Assembly: GCA_051453625.1 (NCBI GenBank)
Contig: JBOZIK010000001.1
Location: 23,274,546 to 23,327,466 of the forward strand
Length of the DNA: 52,921 bases
Direction of reading: 5' to 3'
Source: Welwitschia mirabilis
Lineage: Eukaryota
Part shown: one piece after another, positions 1 through 12,150 of the stretch
How the letters are laid out: every line of letters starts with the position of its first letter
How positions within the stretch are numbered: position 1 is the first letter of the stretch
The notes under the pieces: model-generated
The model's input: only the letters and a program-made list of their open reading frames with translations
Databases searched by the model: none
Told to the model about the DNA's origin: nothing
Translations under genes and position numbers: made by a program

Positions 1-1
1 A

Positions 2-395
2 ATGAAATTAGTAATGAGAGAAGTTAAGAGATCAAAATTAACTTCTTGATTCATTGGACCATTTAAAATATTAGAAAGAGTTGGACTTGTTGCATATAAG
101 CTTGCTATAGCTCCTAAATTATTGCACATACATGATGTTTTCCATGTAAGTTGCTGAGAATATATATTGTAGATCCTTCTTATGTCTTAAATTAGTCTCA
201 TATTTAGGTGAAACTAGATTGCTTATCTATAAAGAAGCCAGAAGAAGTACTGGATCAATGAATTATAAATTCATGAAATAGAGAGATCCATCAAGTAAAA
301 ATAAAGTGGAGTAATCAAAGTTCTGATTAAGCTACTTCAGATATAGAGGAAACAATGAAAAATTAATACCTAAATTTGTTGAAATCTCATAATAT
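2..395 (+). pseudogene. Ty3/gypsy (Tekay/Del chromovirus-like) integrase C-terminus plus chromodomain, degenerate
   Basis: Hand translation gives KLTS*FIGPFKILERVGLVAYKLAIAPKLLHIHDVFHVS..YIVDPSYVL (GPY/F module), then EEVLDQ..REIHQVKIKWSNQSSD*ATSDIEETMKN*YLNL (chromodomain-like); stops and frameshifts present. Confidence 0.85.
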
Positions 396-451
396 GTAGT
401 TAGATGTTCTTAAGCTCTTTATGTATGTTGATTCCTAGAAGTGAATTAATC

Positions 452-3400
452 TAAGTTGCGGAGGATGTCATATCCCATATTTTGTAAATCTTAATTACTT
501 GGATATTAACTATATTAAGCTTTAAATTAGATGATGAATTACGCTTCTTTAAATGCCTTATCAAAATAAGAAGGTATTTTAAATTAACCTTAGCTTGTAA
601 TTTTCATAATTTACAACAAAAATAATAATAATTATGTTAGAAGGTTTTTCCAAGATCAACTATCCAAACATTTAAAATTAAATAACCCCATTATGCAAGT
701 TATTAGAATTATATTATAAAAATAATAAATTAAAAATTTCAAGAGGACATAATAATATACTTTATGTCTTATTTACTCATTTAAATTTTTGGTAAATGTG
801 ATAGGTGTACTATATTATGAATAAAAATTCTCTTCCTTGTGTTATGTGATTGATAGATTTTATGCATTGTGAAATAAATGAACATGTAAATAAGTACATG
901 CACTCTTACCTAGAACCAATGATGATAAATGAGTAGATTTACGTTACCATGACTTCTATCTTCTTGAAATGTGTAAGGGCACTTGGTTCACAGCAAATTT
1001 ATTATTTTATTCATTTGAATTGAAGAGTTTATCTTATTATGCCATATGACAATATTGAGAATTGTACATTTATTCTTTTGATGCATGTTTTAAATTAATC
1101 AAACTCAGTTATAAGCCTATAAAGGATTATGAAGAATTAAGAAAGAGCTAGCATGAGGAAATAATGCATTATGGTTNNNNNNNNNNNNNNNNNNNNNNNN
1201 NNNNNNNNNNNNNNNNNNNNNNNNNNNNNNNNNNNNNNNNNNNNNNNNNNNNNNNNNNNNNNNNNNNNNNNNNNNNTTGAGATGTATAAGGGCACTTTGG
1301 TCATAGCATCCTCATTTCTTTATTCATTAGAATTGAAGAGTTTATCTCATTATGCCACATGGCAATTTTGGTATTATGCATTTATTCTTTTAATGTATGT
1401 CTTGGATGAATTAAACTTACTTATGAGCCTATGAAGGATTAAAAGAGTTAATATGAGGAAATGACACATTTAATTAACCTTGCTAATTGAAGCAAGAAGA
1501 TTACTCACCGTAACTAGGTGTATAAGTTATAAATATGATCTCTTTTTATACTCTAATGTCACTTATTACTCATCCCACTTATCAATGCTAAATCATGTGA
1601 TCTTTTGATTTTGAGCTATGTGCCTTTTTTTATTTATATAAAGAGATCCTTTCTTTTCTTGTAGAAAGGAGATACTTTTCCATTTTTTTCATATAAGTAA
1701 ATTTCCTTCTTTGCTCTTTCTTTCTTTTATTCTCTTACTTGTGGAGCTTAAAGCTTCGCAGCTTGGAGCTAATACACTTTTAAACTTGAATCTTCTTATA
1801 TCTTTAACTATAAAAAACTTACTAATCTTTCTAAGTAAGTTCTTTACTCTTATTGTCCATATTATCTATTTTTAAGATTCTAGTGGAATGAAGTGATATT
1901 TCATTAGAAAATTATTTATAGTTTTATGTGATTATGTTATAAGATATAATTCCCTTCCATTGGCTTTGACTAAGACACTGGGGAGATATGAGGGGTCTTT
2001 TATGCTTGGTGATGGAGGTTACTAATAGATGATTATGGCTAAGTAACCAGAGGGTTTACTATTTTAAAAAAAATAAATTTGATTACCCATGTTTATTTTA
2101 ATATTTTATTTTTATATATTGTACATTAGGCCCATCTTAGTAGGGGCAAAATCTGATCCTCATAAAATATTTTTTAGATTAATATTCCTTCATGGTAATC
2201 TTAAGGCTTATAGCAAATGGTTTCTTTTGAATTGAGTTGATCTTTCTTTCTATAATAATTTGAATTAGTAATTTAGTTAATATATTTTGTAAATAATTAG
2301 TTAGTATACCCACTATTTTACTGATTTAAATTATTGCATAACTAGTTATAGAAACTTTAGCATATTTTTGTTACGGTGAAAATTAAATTTCTAGAATAGA
2401 AGCATAGGATAAAACATCATAGCTTATTAATTAGTAGAGATAAATTAGTGAATTTTTTATAAGTATAGGATTGTGTTTTGAATGTAAAAATGTAAAACAG
2501 TACTTTTTATGATGTGCAATTATTTTTAAAAATTTATTTGTTAAAATATTTTAAAAATAAATGTAGAAAATAGTAAGTAATTAATTTACATTTCTATAAC
2601 TATTTAGATATCTATAAACATAAGCATCCTAAGTTGTAGAAAATTAAATAAGCTTTCCAAAACATCTTGAATCATTTAAAAAATAAAAGTTTTTTGAAAG
2701 TTAAGGTCATTTTAGTGTATTGCAGTAGGACTGTAATTTTAAAACATTTGATAGTTTTTAACCTTAGATGATGACCTTAGAAATAAAATTTTTAGAATTC
2801 CAAGATAGTTTAAGTTACATTTTGAGGATCCTATTATGTGTCTAGTTTATCAAAATATACTGTAATTTATTTTTTTCATAATTAATTATTATTAATTTTT
2901 AAGTATGATATCTTCTTAGAGCTAAAAAATGTTATAATTAAGGTATTAAACTATAGAAAAATTGTTACATAAAATTTTATAGGGATTTTGAGTATAAAGA
3001 TATGTTCCTATTAGTAGCCCTAAGTTAAATTACTTAGAAAAAATATTTTCTTTTTAGTAATACCTCTTTTACGTTTTTGTTTGTCTTACTTTAAATGTGT
3101 ATGCTTGTAAGTGTTTTCACATTAGTAGCTTAAGTAACATAAATAGTCTATGACTTATCACTTATTTTCTTGACTTATAATATAGTCATATGAATTTTGG
3201 ATAGAGAGTTATATTTTAACAATCTTGGTTGAGCCAAACTTTATNNNNNNNNNNNNNNNNNNNNNNNNNNNNNNNNNNNNNNNNNNNNNNNNNNNNNNNN
3301 NNNNNNNNNNNNNNNNNNNNNNNNNNNNNNNNNNNNNNNNNNNNACTTTATTTTGTTTACATTTATTGCACCAATCTATGGAGATTGTTATATAAGCATG

Positions 3401-4335
3401 GAAGAATGTTTCTAGGATTAACATAGCTCTAGGTATGGTTTAGTTTCTTTAAGTACATTTTTAAGATATAATTTGATACATTTGAATATATTTATTATTA
3501 TTGAAAGAAAGAAAAGAAAGGAATATTTCCTTTATTTAGATAAGGGAAAAAAAAACAATATTTCCTTTATTTAGATTTTCATTATTGTAATCTTGAATAT
3601 AGAGATGTTCTAGTATNNNNNNNNNNNNNNNNNNNNNNNNNNNNNNNNNNNNNNNNNNNNNNNNNNNNNNNNNNNNNNNNNNNNNNNNNNNNNNNNNNNN
3701 NNNNNNNNNNNNNNNNAAAAGAAAGGAATATTTCCTTTATTTAGATAAAGGAAAAAAAACGATATTTCCTTTATTTAGATTTTCATTAATGTAATCTTGA
3801 ATATAGAGATGTTCTAGTATGCTTGTTTTCTTTTTTATAATTGTTTCTACAAAATGAACCTAATGAAGATTAGAATTATTATAACTACATAAACAATACA
3901 TTCAATCTCTATGATGGGTTGCATTGTATACATTTATGTGGTATATTCATTGACAGGACTTAACTAAGATAATTCTAATGATGATCATCCCTTACACTTG
4001 GAGCTCATCACTAAGGTGGGTTACATTGCATTTTTCTTATGATANNNNNNNNNNNNNNNNNNNNNNNNNNNNNNNNNNNNNNNNNNNNNNNNNNNNNNNN
4101 NNNNNNNNNNNNNNNNNNNNNNNNNNNNNNNNNNNNNNNNNNNNNNNNNNNNNNNNNNNNNNNNNNNNNNNNNNNNNNNNNNNNNNNNNNNNNNNNNNNN
4201 NNNNNNNNNNNNNNNNNNNNNNNNNNNNNNNNNNNNNNNNNNNNNNNNNNNNNNNNNNNNNNNNNNNNNNNCATGTTTGTATGGTTTAAAATCTAAAGTA
4301 GAACCAACTCATGTCTGGAGGATGGCCAGATGTCA
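452..4335 (+). mobile_element. Degenerate PPT followed by a probable long 3' LTR of the Tekay-like element
   Basis: taagttgcggagga (PPT-like) is followed directly by TGTCA at 466, about 70 bp after the chromodomain. Tekay LTRs are typically multi-kb. The right end (..ccagatgtCA, 4335) is a guess; there is no second LTR in the window to confirm it. Confidence 0.45.
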
Positions 4336-4699
4336 AGTTAGAATGCCATTAATTGGAGTTGCAATTTTCTATTATATTAGTTAGGTATTATTTTTAAACT
4401 TATCCATGTATGTTTATAATCAGTTTAAATCTTCTCAAATATTTACAAGATATCTTATTATATGACAAAAACTAGGAAGAAATTGAGGATACAAACCTAA
4501 CATTGCTATTGTTTGTAAATCCAAATAATCTAAAAATTAATTATAGGTAAATATATAAGATTAATATGATTTTTTTTGGAATATAGAAATGCCAGTAAAG
4601 GAATAATTAAAATTTAATCCTAAGTTATGCTATGTATATTAGGTAATAATATTAAAGAAGAAAAGTATAGAAAAGAAAATAGAGGAAGAGGATCTAGAG

Positions 4700-5640
4700 A
4701 GAGTTTACACCAAACTAAACACCTAGTCTAGTGATTATTAGATATAACAGACTTCTTATAAGAGAGCAATATAAAGTAGCATCAGTGACTGGTAAGTCAT
4801 ATTTCTTGGTGACTTTAGTATTTATTGGAAGTGAAGTGTAAGATAACTTGTAATTTGTCATATTAAAGTTTTCCAAAAGGATTTCAGTAAACTTAGGCTA
4901 ATATAAGCAAACTGAAAAGGGATTATGTTTAACTTAGAGCCCAAGGAAGTATGTCATTTCTCTAAGATCAGTTATTTCAATTTTTTTCATCATTTACAGA
5001 AAAATCTTATTCATTTAAGTTGAAGATGAGAAATAGATAAGATCATCACATATAAACAAACCAATGTGTAGTCAGAATCCACTATTTTCTTGTAAATATT
5101 CATTTTTTAAGAAAGAAGTTAAAAGCTTGAGTTAATGAAAAAATCATAAATCCTCTTGACCAGGACCATGGTATGTGTTTAAGTTCATATAAGGCTTTAT
5201 TTAAACAATAAACATGATTAGGATATTTTTCATTTACAAAATCTTGTGGTTGTTTAACATATACTTATTCATCTAGATAGCCATTTAGAAAAGCAATCAT
5301 AATATAAAGTTGAAGAATATGGGCATTTAATTTTACTGCAATGACAAAGAGTATGCAAACAGATTTCACTCATGAGACTAGTGTAAAACTTTCTTCAAAT
5401 TCATGACCCTGACATGGATTATAACCTTTAGTGAGAAGACAAGCCTTAAATTTTTCAATGAAGCTAATCTAGTCACGTTTAACATAGAAAACCAATGGTA
5501 GGTTTATGGTGTTTATGGTGAGGACATGAGATTAGTATCCATGTGTGGTTTTTATCAATTTGATGTAGCTTGTGATGCATCGTAGTTAGCCACTATGGAT
5601 GTTTCAAAGATTGTTCTACTATGCGAGGTTCAATCTCAAC
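4700..5640 (-). pseudogene. Ty1/copia reverse transcriptase remnant, truncated before RNase H
   Basis: Minus-strand translation: EPRIVEQSLKHP*W..IDKNHTW, KFKACLLTKGY, AFLNGYLDE*VYVKQPQDFV..KALYELKHIPWSW, DLREMTYFLGL*V, DATLYCSLIRSLLYL. These are the canonical copia RT blocks in order. Confidence 0.9.
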
Positions 5641-6049
5641 TTTCCCCTTCACTATAGCAATAAGCAACATATAGTTGAGATCGTTATAACTATAAAGAGA
5701 AGCATATTTAGGGGGGAAAAGAGTTTAATGAAAAATAAGATGTAGTATGGCATGGGGTGAAAAAATAGAAAAGCATGTGAGGATAAGGTAGGGGGTACAA
5801 TGGAGAAAGTAACATTATTAAGTTGTAGGGAGAGGGATATAGGGGAATGTANNNNNNNNNNNNNNNNNNNNNNNNNNNNNNNNNNNNNNNNNNNNNNNNN
5901 NNNNNNNNNNNNNNNNNNNNNNNNNNNNNNNNNNNNNNNNNNNNNNNNNNNATAAGGTAGGGGGTACAATAGAGAAAGTAACATTATTAAGTTGTAAGGA
6001 GAGGGATATAGGGGAATGTATGTGGAAGGTTAAGATGATAGTAGGGAAA

Positions 6050-7170
6050 GGGTTAAAAGAGTAGAAGGGTACCCCTCAACAGAAAATGGAGGTGAAGGGG
6101 TAAGAAATGCTATTAAGAAAGGGGAATATTTACCCCCTAAAAAATATTAAAGTGGGCCAAAAGTTCATAGGCCCAATAGTTGTACAAATAATGATGAAGA
6201 AAATGGGGAGGTAGAAACCAAGAAGAAAGGTGGTTAGATAACATGCCACCTTTGACATAATGTTGTGGGCAAAGAAGAAGCATGGTTAAAAAAAATGCAA
6301 TAGATGGAGGAAGCTAACATAGAAAGAATGCCATGTGAGTGGAAAATGTGGAAGGGTGAGAAAGATGAAACGTCGTTGACTTTGCCACCTCTGTCATTGC
6401 TTAGGCATATTACTCAAGACTACAATGGACACCGTCACCTTCGACTTGCCACTGAACTTCATCCAAATGCCCTCAAGGGCACCATCATCATAGATGCTTT
6501 GTGAGGTGAGGGCACCGAAGAAGGCTGAGCTAGAGAGCAACATTGACTTGACGGTGTGATGTCGAAAAACGGAGGAGGCACGTTGAGAAGCGAAGATGCT
6601 GCCTTTGGTTGAGGAACAGGCAAGGCTGAAGGGTGCGAGCGCATGCTTCATCCAAAAAGATGCAAGCAGGGTTGCAGAGCCGTTGAGGGTGGTCGTCAGG
6701 ACGAGAGGAGAGACAAGGGATGTCGACACAGTGGAGAACGTAGTACAGTGCAGGGCAGACGGCGGTTGCGGAGGCTGAAGCAGTGATGTCTTTGCCGGCA
6801 ACGGCAGCATGGGCAGTGGGTAAGACGCAGGAAAGAAGAGACGTCCTGCAGATGTTGGAGAGAACGCGCCGTGATGCTGGGTGTTTAGAAGTGGCTGCAG
6901 AAGTGCTGGTGGAAACGAGGACAATGAAGAAGTGGATGACGGTAGCTGTTGTTGCGCAAGGACATTGTGCACAGCAGTATCTTGCTGAAGAAAGATTGGG
7001 CAAACATAAATGGCGAGTCTGAGCTACATTAAGAGGAAGGAGATGTTGAAGCATTGTTATGGGCGCACTGAGCGCCGTGTGCCGAACGAGTAAAGCGACA
7101 GCAGAAATTCCCAGAGAACGAGTGGCAGACGCATTATCATTGGGTGCATAGGTGAGGTGTGGAGGAGCCA
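6050..7170 (-). pseudogene. Second, highly diverged copia GAG-pre-integrase/integrase-like remnant in a GC-rich island
   Basis: Motifs in the expected order: KHPASRRVLSNI (cf. GHPSSRVL), VLHCVDI (cf. LIHCDIW), IFLDE (cf. IFIDD), VICLSNDRGGK at about 6380-6410 (cf. IKCLRSDRGGE), FHSHGIL. Similarity is weak and needs frameshifts. Confidence 0.55.
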
Positions 7171-7619
7171 TTGCTGGCAGGGGAGCATGAGGAATGAGGG
7201 TGAGCGAAACTTTCAGTGAATAAGGATTGGGAGTGGGCAGGGAAGTGAATATGAGTGAAAAAAGGGAAGGGGGAATTTATAGATAAGGTAGGATACATGG
7301 TATTAGATGAAAGGGGTAGGGTAGGGTTATTTAGGAAAAGAGTAGTATTATAAATAAAGGAGTTAGGGTTTAAAGAAGAAAATTCATTTGGGGGGTGTAT
7401 TATAGGAATATGTAAGGGGAGAGAGGAGGAATTTGAAGAAGTTGGTAAGGGTGGGAAAGAGGAAAAGATAAGGAAAGAGGAGATAGAAAGGGTGGAGGAA
7501 TGGAAATGTGGGGAAATAAAAGTAACGGGGGTAGATTGGGGTAATGAATGTTTAGAGATGGAGGTATGGGAGGGTAGGATATGTGACTATTTTTAATAGT
7601 AGATGAAAAATTGGACATA

Positions 7620-9876
7620 CTGTCTTTAACAAAAATTACATCTGTTGATACTAGTAATTCTCGCTATTCCAAATGAAAATAGCAAAATGCTTTAGAACTA
7701 GAATAATATCTAAAAAATTGTAAACCTTTTCATCTAACTTTTAGCGATGTTGATCAAGTATCTTCACATAGCAAAGTGAGCCAAAAAGTTTTAAATAAGA
7801 AATCATTAACTTGCTTCCATGCCATAACTAATATAGTATTATGTTGTCTAGATTTTGGAAGGTATTTGATTTAAGATACAAATAGCGATAGCACATGCTT
7901 CACTCCAAAAGGCATTGTGTAAGCTACTTTGATGTAGAACACATCTAGTTATTGTCATGATTGTTTGATTTTTCCTGTATGCTATCCCATTCTATTGTGG
8001 AGTATATGTTGTAGTAGTTTGATGAACTATACCATTATCTTTGCAAAATTATTCAAAATAATTTGAGGTAAAATCTTTTATTCTGTTACTTCTACCTTTC
8101 TTCAAAGTATTTTCCTTTTGCATTTCTACTATATTCTTAAATACTTTAAAGTATTCTAAAGTCTAATCTTTAGTCTGAAGGAAATAACCCAATACAATCT
8201 AAAGTAATCATTAACTATTACACACAAATATAGACTTTTTCCAAAATTCATTATGTGTATTAGACCATAGAGATCCATATGCACTACATCTAAATAATTT
8301 TAGATCTATGTCTAGTCTTTGGAAATGGTAATCTCTTTTTCTTTTTTATGCACTGGTCTGACAATTTATTGAATTAGGAAGAAAAATTCAGACATACCTC
8401 TAATAAGATCTCTTTTTTGCATTGTACCCATAGATCCAAAATTAACATCTTCTCATATAAGTTGTTAAAGCCATGGATCTAATTTCATTATCCTTAGATA
8501 TTTGATATCATTCTATATCTTCAACTTATACATTCTATTCTAACTCATGAGAATTAATATTATTTTTTTACCATCATATTTAGTAATTTTGTATAAATCA
8601 TTAATAAATTCTACTTTGTATCCTTTAGAGTGAAGTTGTCCAATACTTAATAAGATCTTTTTCAAATCAGGAATAAGATAAATATTCAAAATAGTATATG
8701 ATCTACCTGTATCTGTAGAAATATCTACTGATCCAATTCCTATGATGATTACCTTTACACTCATACTAACAGTTACTTCTCCTTGATGTTTGTGTACATT
8801 AGTTAGTAAGGACTTGTTGCTAGCCATATGATGACTACAATTGCTACCCACATACTAAACATTATATGTGTTTGTTAAAGGTATATCATTGGAAGTAAGA
8901 TAGGAGATTTGATCTTTTATCCCTTTAATGAAGAAAAGTTCTTCATGACTTTATTTCTCTTCTTCTTCAATATAGTGTGTAACTTCCTTTTTTTTATGCT
9001 TTTGCTTTAATCAACAATTTAATTCCATGTTATTTTATCTTTACAATAGTTGCACCATTTTCCAAATTTGGTTGAATTTGATCTAGGTTTAATTCATCCT
9101 TGATTTTATCCTTGATCATGATGATTTTAAGCACCATGATTGCTATTCCTTCAATCACAATTATTACAACCGCGTCCTTGATTAGATGATCGTTCTTGAC
9201 ATTAATGTTACCATGAAGATATCATTGTGCTTTTCAAGATATAAAAGGAATTTATTGTATATTTGTCATGCAATTGATTTCTTTGCTCAAAGGTTTTGAA
9301 ACTTCCAATGAGCTCGACTATTATCAATTGGTCAATTTATTTACTTTCTTCTATCACATAGATAATAGGATCATAATGCCTCACAACTGTTTAGAGAATC
9401 TTTCCCATGATATTTAATTATTTGATCTTTTCTCCACAAGTTTGTAGTGCATTTACAATATTTTAAAGACAATTGATATAATGCTCGAGATATTTAAACT
9501 CTTTTATCATAAGAGTCTCGTATTCTCTGGTGAAAATTTCTAATCTCACCTTCCTTACTCAATCCAATCCTTTATACTTGGTCGCAAGATCTTTTTAAGA
9601 TTCTTGTTCATGTGTGTGACTCACAATATTTGAAAAGGCTATATCACTAATGCTTGTCTAATGTACATAAAGTGCTCTAGCATTCTTACATTCCATGGAT
9701 GCAGGAGATGTTAGATCTGTGATGTAATTGATTCCAACATCCATCAAACCTTCGAGATTTTGGAACATCAAGAACATCCTCATCTTTATTGCTTAATAAT
9801 CATAATTTTCTCTCATAAAGAAAGGAGCATGCATGAACATAGACACAAAAGTTTTAGCTTGACTTTCTTATGCCAT
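7620..9876 (-). pseudogene. Ty1/copia (Ivana-like) gag-protease-integrase, degenerate
   Basis: ATG at 9876; gag PFFMRENYDY*AIKMR..KVRLEIFTREYETL; protease *YVGSNCSHHM..YLIPDLKKILLSIGQL (ORF 8540-8851); integrase LDVVHMDLYG, YTPQ*NGIAYRKNQT, FWSEA, ending VSTDVIF at about 7630. Confidence 0.9.
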
Positions 9877-9910
9877 TTCAACTATTTAAGCTTCAACGAA
9901 AATAACCTAG

Positions 9911-9922
9911 ACTTTGATACCA
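9911..9922 (-). promoter_or_regulatory. Primer-binding site, tRNA-iMet type
   Basis: Reverse complement TGGTATCAAAGT versus consensus TGGTATCAGAGC; it lies 2 nt after a minus-strand CA and about 35 nt upstream of the gag ATG. Confidence 0.85.
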
Positions 9923-9924
9923 AT

Positions 9925-10170
9925 TGAGAGAAATCATGAACTCATAAATTCAAGATAGTTCTACAAACAACTGAATTATGTGTATATTGTGTGTATCATA
10001 CTATGAACTCAAGCCTCATTAAATAGAGATTAGTACATCCAAAAATAGAAAAGAGTAAATCAAGGAAATCCTATGGGAAAATCTCTTAGGAAGTTGAGAG
10101 AATTAAAAAAATAGAATCATAATAGATAAAATTAGGATATTGACATCACCTCTTATCACTAACTCAAAAA
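9925..10170 (-). mobile_element. 5' LTR of the Ivana-like copia (outer end approximate)
   Basis: Adjacent to the PBS with a terminal CA on the minus strand; TATA-like CTATTTAA on the minus strand at about 10019-10026; an unrelated repeat begins at about 10200. Confidence 0.5.
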
Positions 10171-10229
10171 GTTTCTTGCTAATTTCTGTATTTTCTAGGA
10201 TAACTTTTAGTTTCTCTATTTTGTTTTTT

Positions 10230-11770
10230 TGTATTTCTATATTTTCTTCTTTATTTTGATTTTGATTTAGTACCTCTACTCATTTCTCTTTATATTTTCT
10301 ATTATCCTCTTAGATTTTCATGTATTTCTCATGCATACTTCATACATTCATGTATATCTCTTGAGAATATTCAACATTAAGTGGTAAAGGTGCATTATTA
10401 TGCATGAAAGTAATAAAATCTTATTATTATTCTATATACTTTACATTATAATTCTTGGATAGGGATAAACTTTTTAACATATCTATTAAGATGTCCTTCC
10501 TATTGGAGGGAGGTAATTACAACCTTTTCCTCTCCTAACATAGTTCATTTTCTAGCTATGAAATGCTATTTTAAGCATCTAAAAAGAATAGGTGGATATA
10601 GGAAGTATCCAGTTAATTAGTTAACTTTTATTCTAAATAAGATTTTTCATCTTGTAATATGTTCACATGTAATTTCCAAAACAAGTTANNNNNNNNNNNN
10701 NNNNNNNNNNNNNNNNNNNNNNNNNNNNNNNNNNNNNNNNNNNNNNNNNNNNNNNNNNNNNNNNNNNNNNNNNNNNNNNNNNNNNNNNNNNNNNNNNNNN
10801 NNNNNNNNNNNNNNNNNNNNNNNNNNNNNNNNNNNNNNNNNNNNNNNNNNNNNNNNNNNNNNNNNNNNNNNNNNNNNNNNNNNNNNNNNNNNNNNNNNNN
10901 NNNNNNNNNNNNNNNNNNNNNNNNNNNNNNNNNNNNNNNNNNNNNNCTTTACATTATAATTCTTGGATAGGGATAAACTCTTTAACATATCTATTAAGAT
11001 GGCATTCCTATTAGAGGGAGGTAACTACAACCTTTTCCTCTTCTAACATAGTTCATTTTCTAGCTATGAAATGCTATTTTAAGCATCTAAAAGGATAGGT
11101 GAATATAGGAAGTATCCAGTTAATTGGTTAACTTTGATTCTAAATAAGATTTTTGATCTTGTAATATGTTCACCTATGATTTCCAAAATAAGCTAGTTTT
11201 TCCTTACAAAACTCATTCTCTAATTTAAAAATTTCTTTTTTTGTTTCAGAGGTAGATTTTATTGAAGCTATTGAGATTATGACAACTCTATAGTTAAAGA
11301 ATTGATAGCTAAACATAAAGAATCAATCTTGTAATCTTCTATTAATTTTGAAAATGTGGTTGAACTAGACTAAGAAAGAATTTTCTATAATGTGAAGGAG
11401 TCTATTGGCTCTTTAAAATTTTTCCTCATGACCTTGCTATGAAGAAGGGGCCTATTGACTAAAATTATGAATACCATGCACTCAACGTGAGTTAGAACAA
11501 ATAATTCTATACTATTTTTATTCCTACAAAAGATTGAAAAACATTTTTCCAAAGTAGAATTCTTTTAATCATTGAAGAGAATTCTAATCCAATATTCATT
11601 GATTTTGTGACATTTTCATTTTGAAGTTCGTTTTACAAATATACTTAAATAAAGTTTTATAAATATAGATATTCTTAATGATGGGATCTCAAATGACATC
11701 GATGGGATCTCAAATGACATCGATTGGATAAATCCCTTAAATAATCATACCTTTTTATTTGTTAATAATG
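10230..11770. repeat. Dispersed repeat, paralogue of 24440-25991
   Basis: Colinear shared blocks such as aacattaagtggtaaa, ttttaacatatctattaagatg, tatagttaaagaattgatagctaaa and acatttttccaaagtagaattct; about 80% similar by eye. Confidence 0.85.
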
Positions 11771-12150
11771 GGACTAAATTGAAGGATATGATTATAGTGA
11801 TCATAAAAGCCTTTGGATCCCTAGTTTGATTAATATCTACTTGCATCCTTGTTGGTAATACTTCCAAAGTGTTTAAATTAGAAATGAGTATCATCTTTAC
11901 TATTTGCTTCTAAAATACTCCTTTCTCCAACATATAACTTCAAAATATTTCTAGTATCTTCTAATGTTACTTGTAGGTCAATGTTGCTAACTCATGAAAA
12001 TAAAGTAAAATGATCATCAGAAGTAGATAGATCTTTATAGAACTCATAAATTTCTTCATTACTATAATTCTTAGATAATGTTAACTAGTTTTACCATTGT
12101 AATTTCATAACACTATTTTTTTAGTCTACTGAAACTTGAATTTTCAAAAA
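11700..12150 (-). pseudogene. Remnant of a retrotransposon accessory ORF (putative plant transposon protein, Transposase_32-like)
   Basis: Minus strand YSNEEIYEFYKDLSTSDDHFTLFS*VSNIDLQVTLEDTRNIL resembles the Y.ELVREFYANL...S.V.G..I....L..IL block of Athila/SIRE extra ORFs. Confidence 0.45.

Noticed and set aside
6304..7171. Overlapping 192-aa and 213-aa ORFs and plus-strand ORFs as a novel host gene
   Set aside because: Long ORFs in several frames are expected from high GC alone; the translations look like frameshifted integrase debris and I see no convincing gene structure. Transcription cannot be excluded without RNA data.
7400..7618. Pro-rich 72-aa ORF as an extensin-like gene
   Set aside because: Low-complexity pyrimidine tract directly continuing the copia integrase end; no signal peptide or SP4 repeats.
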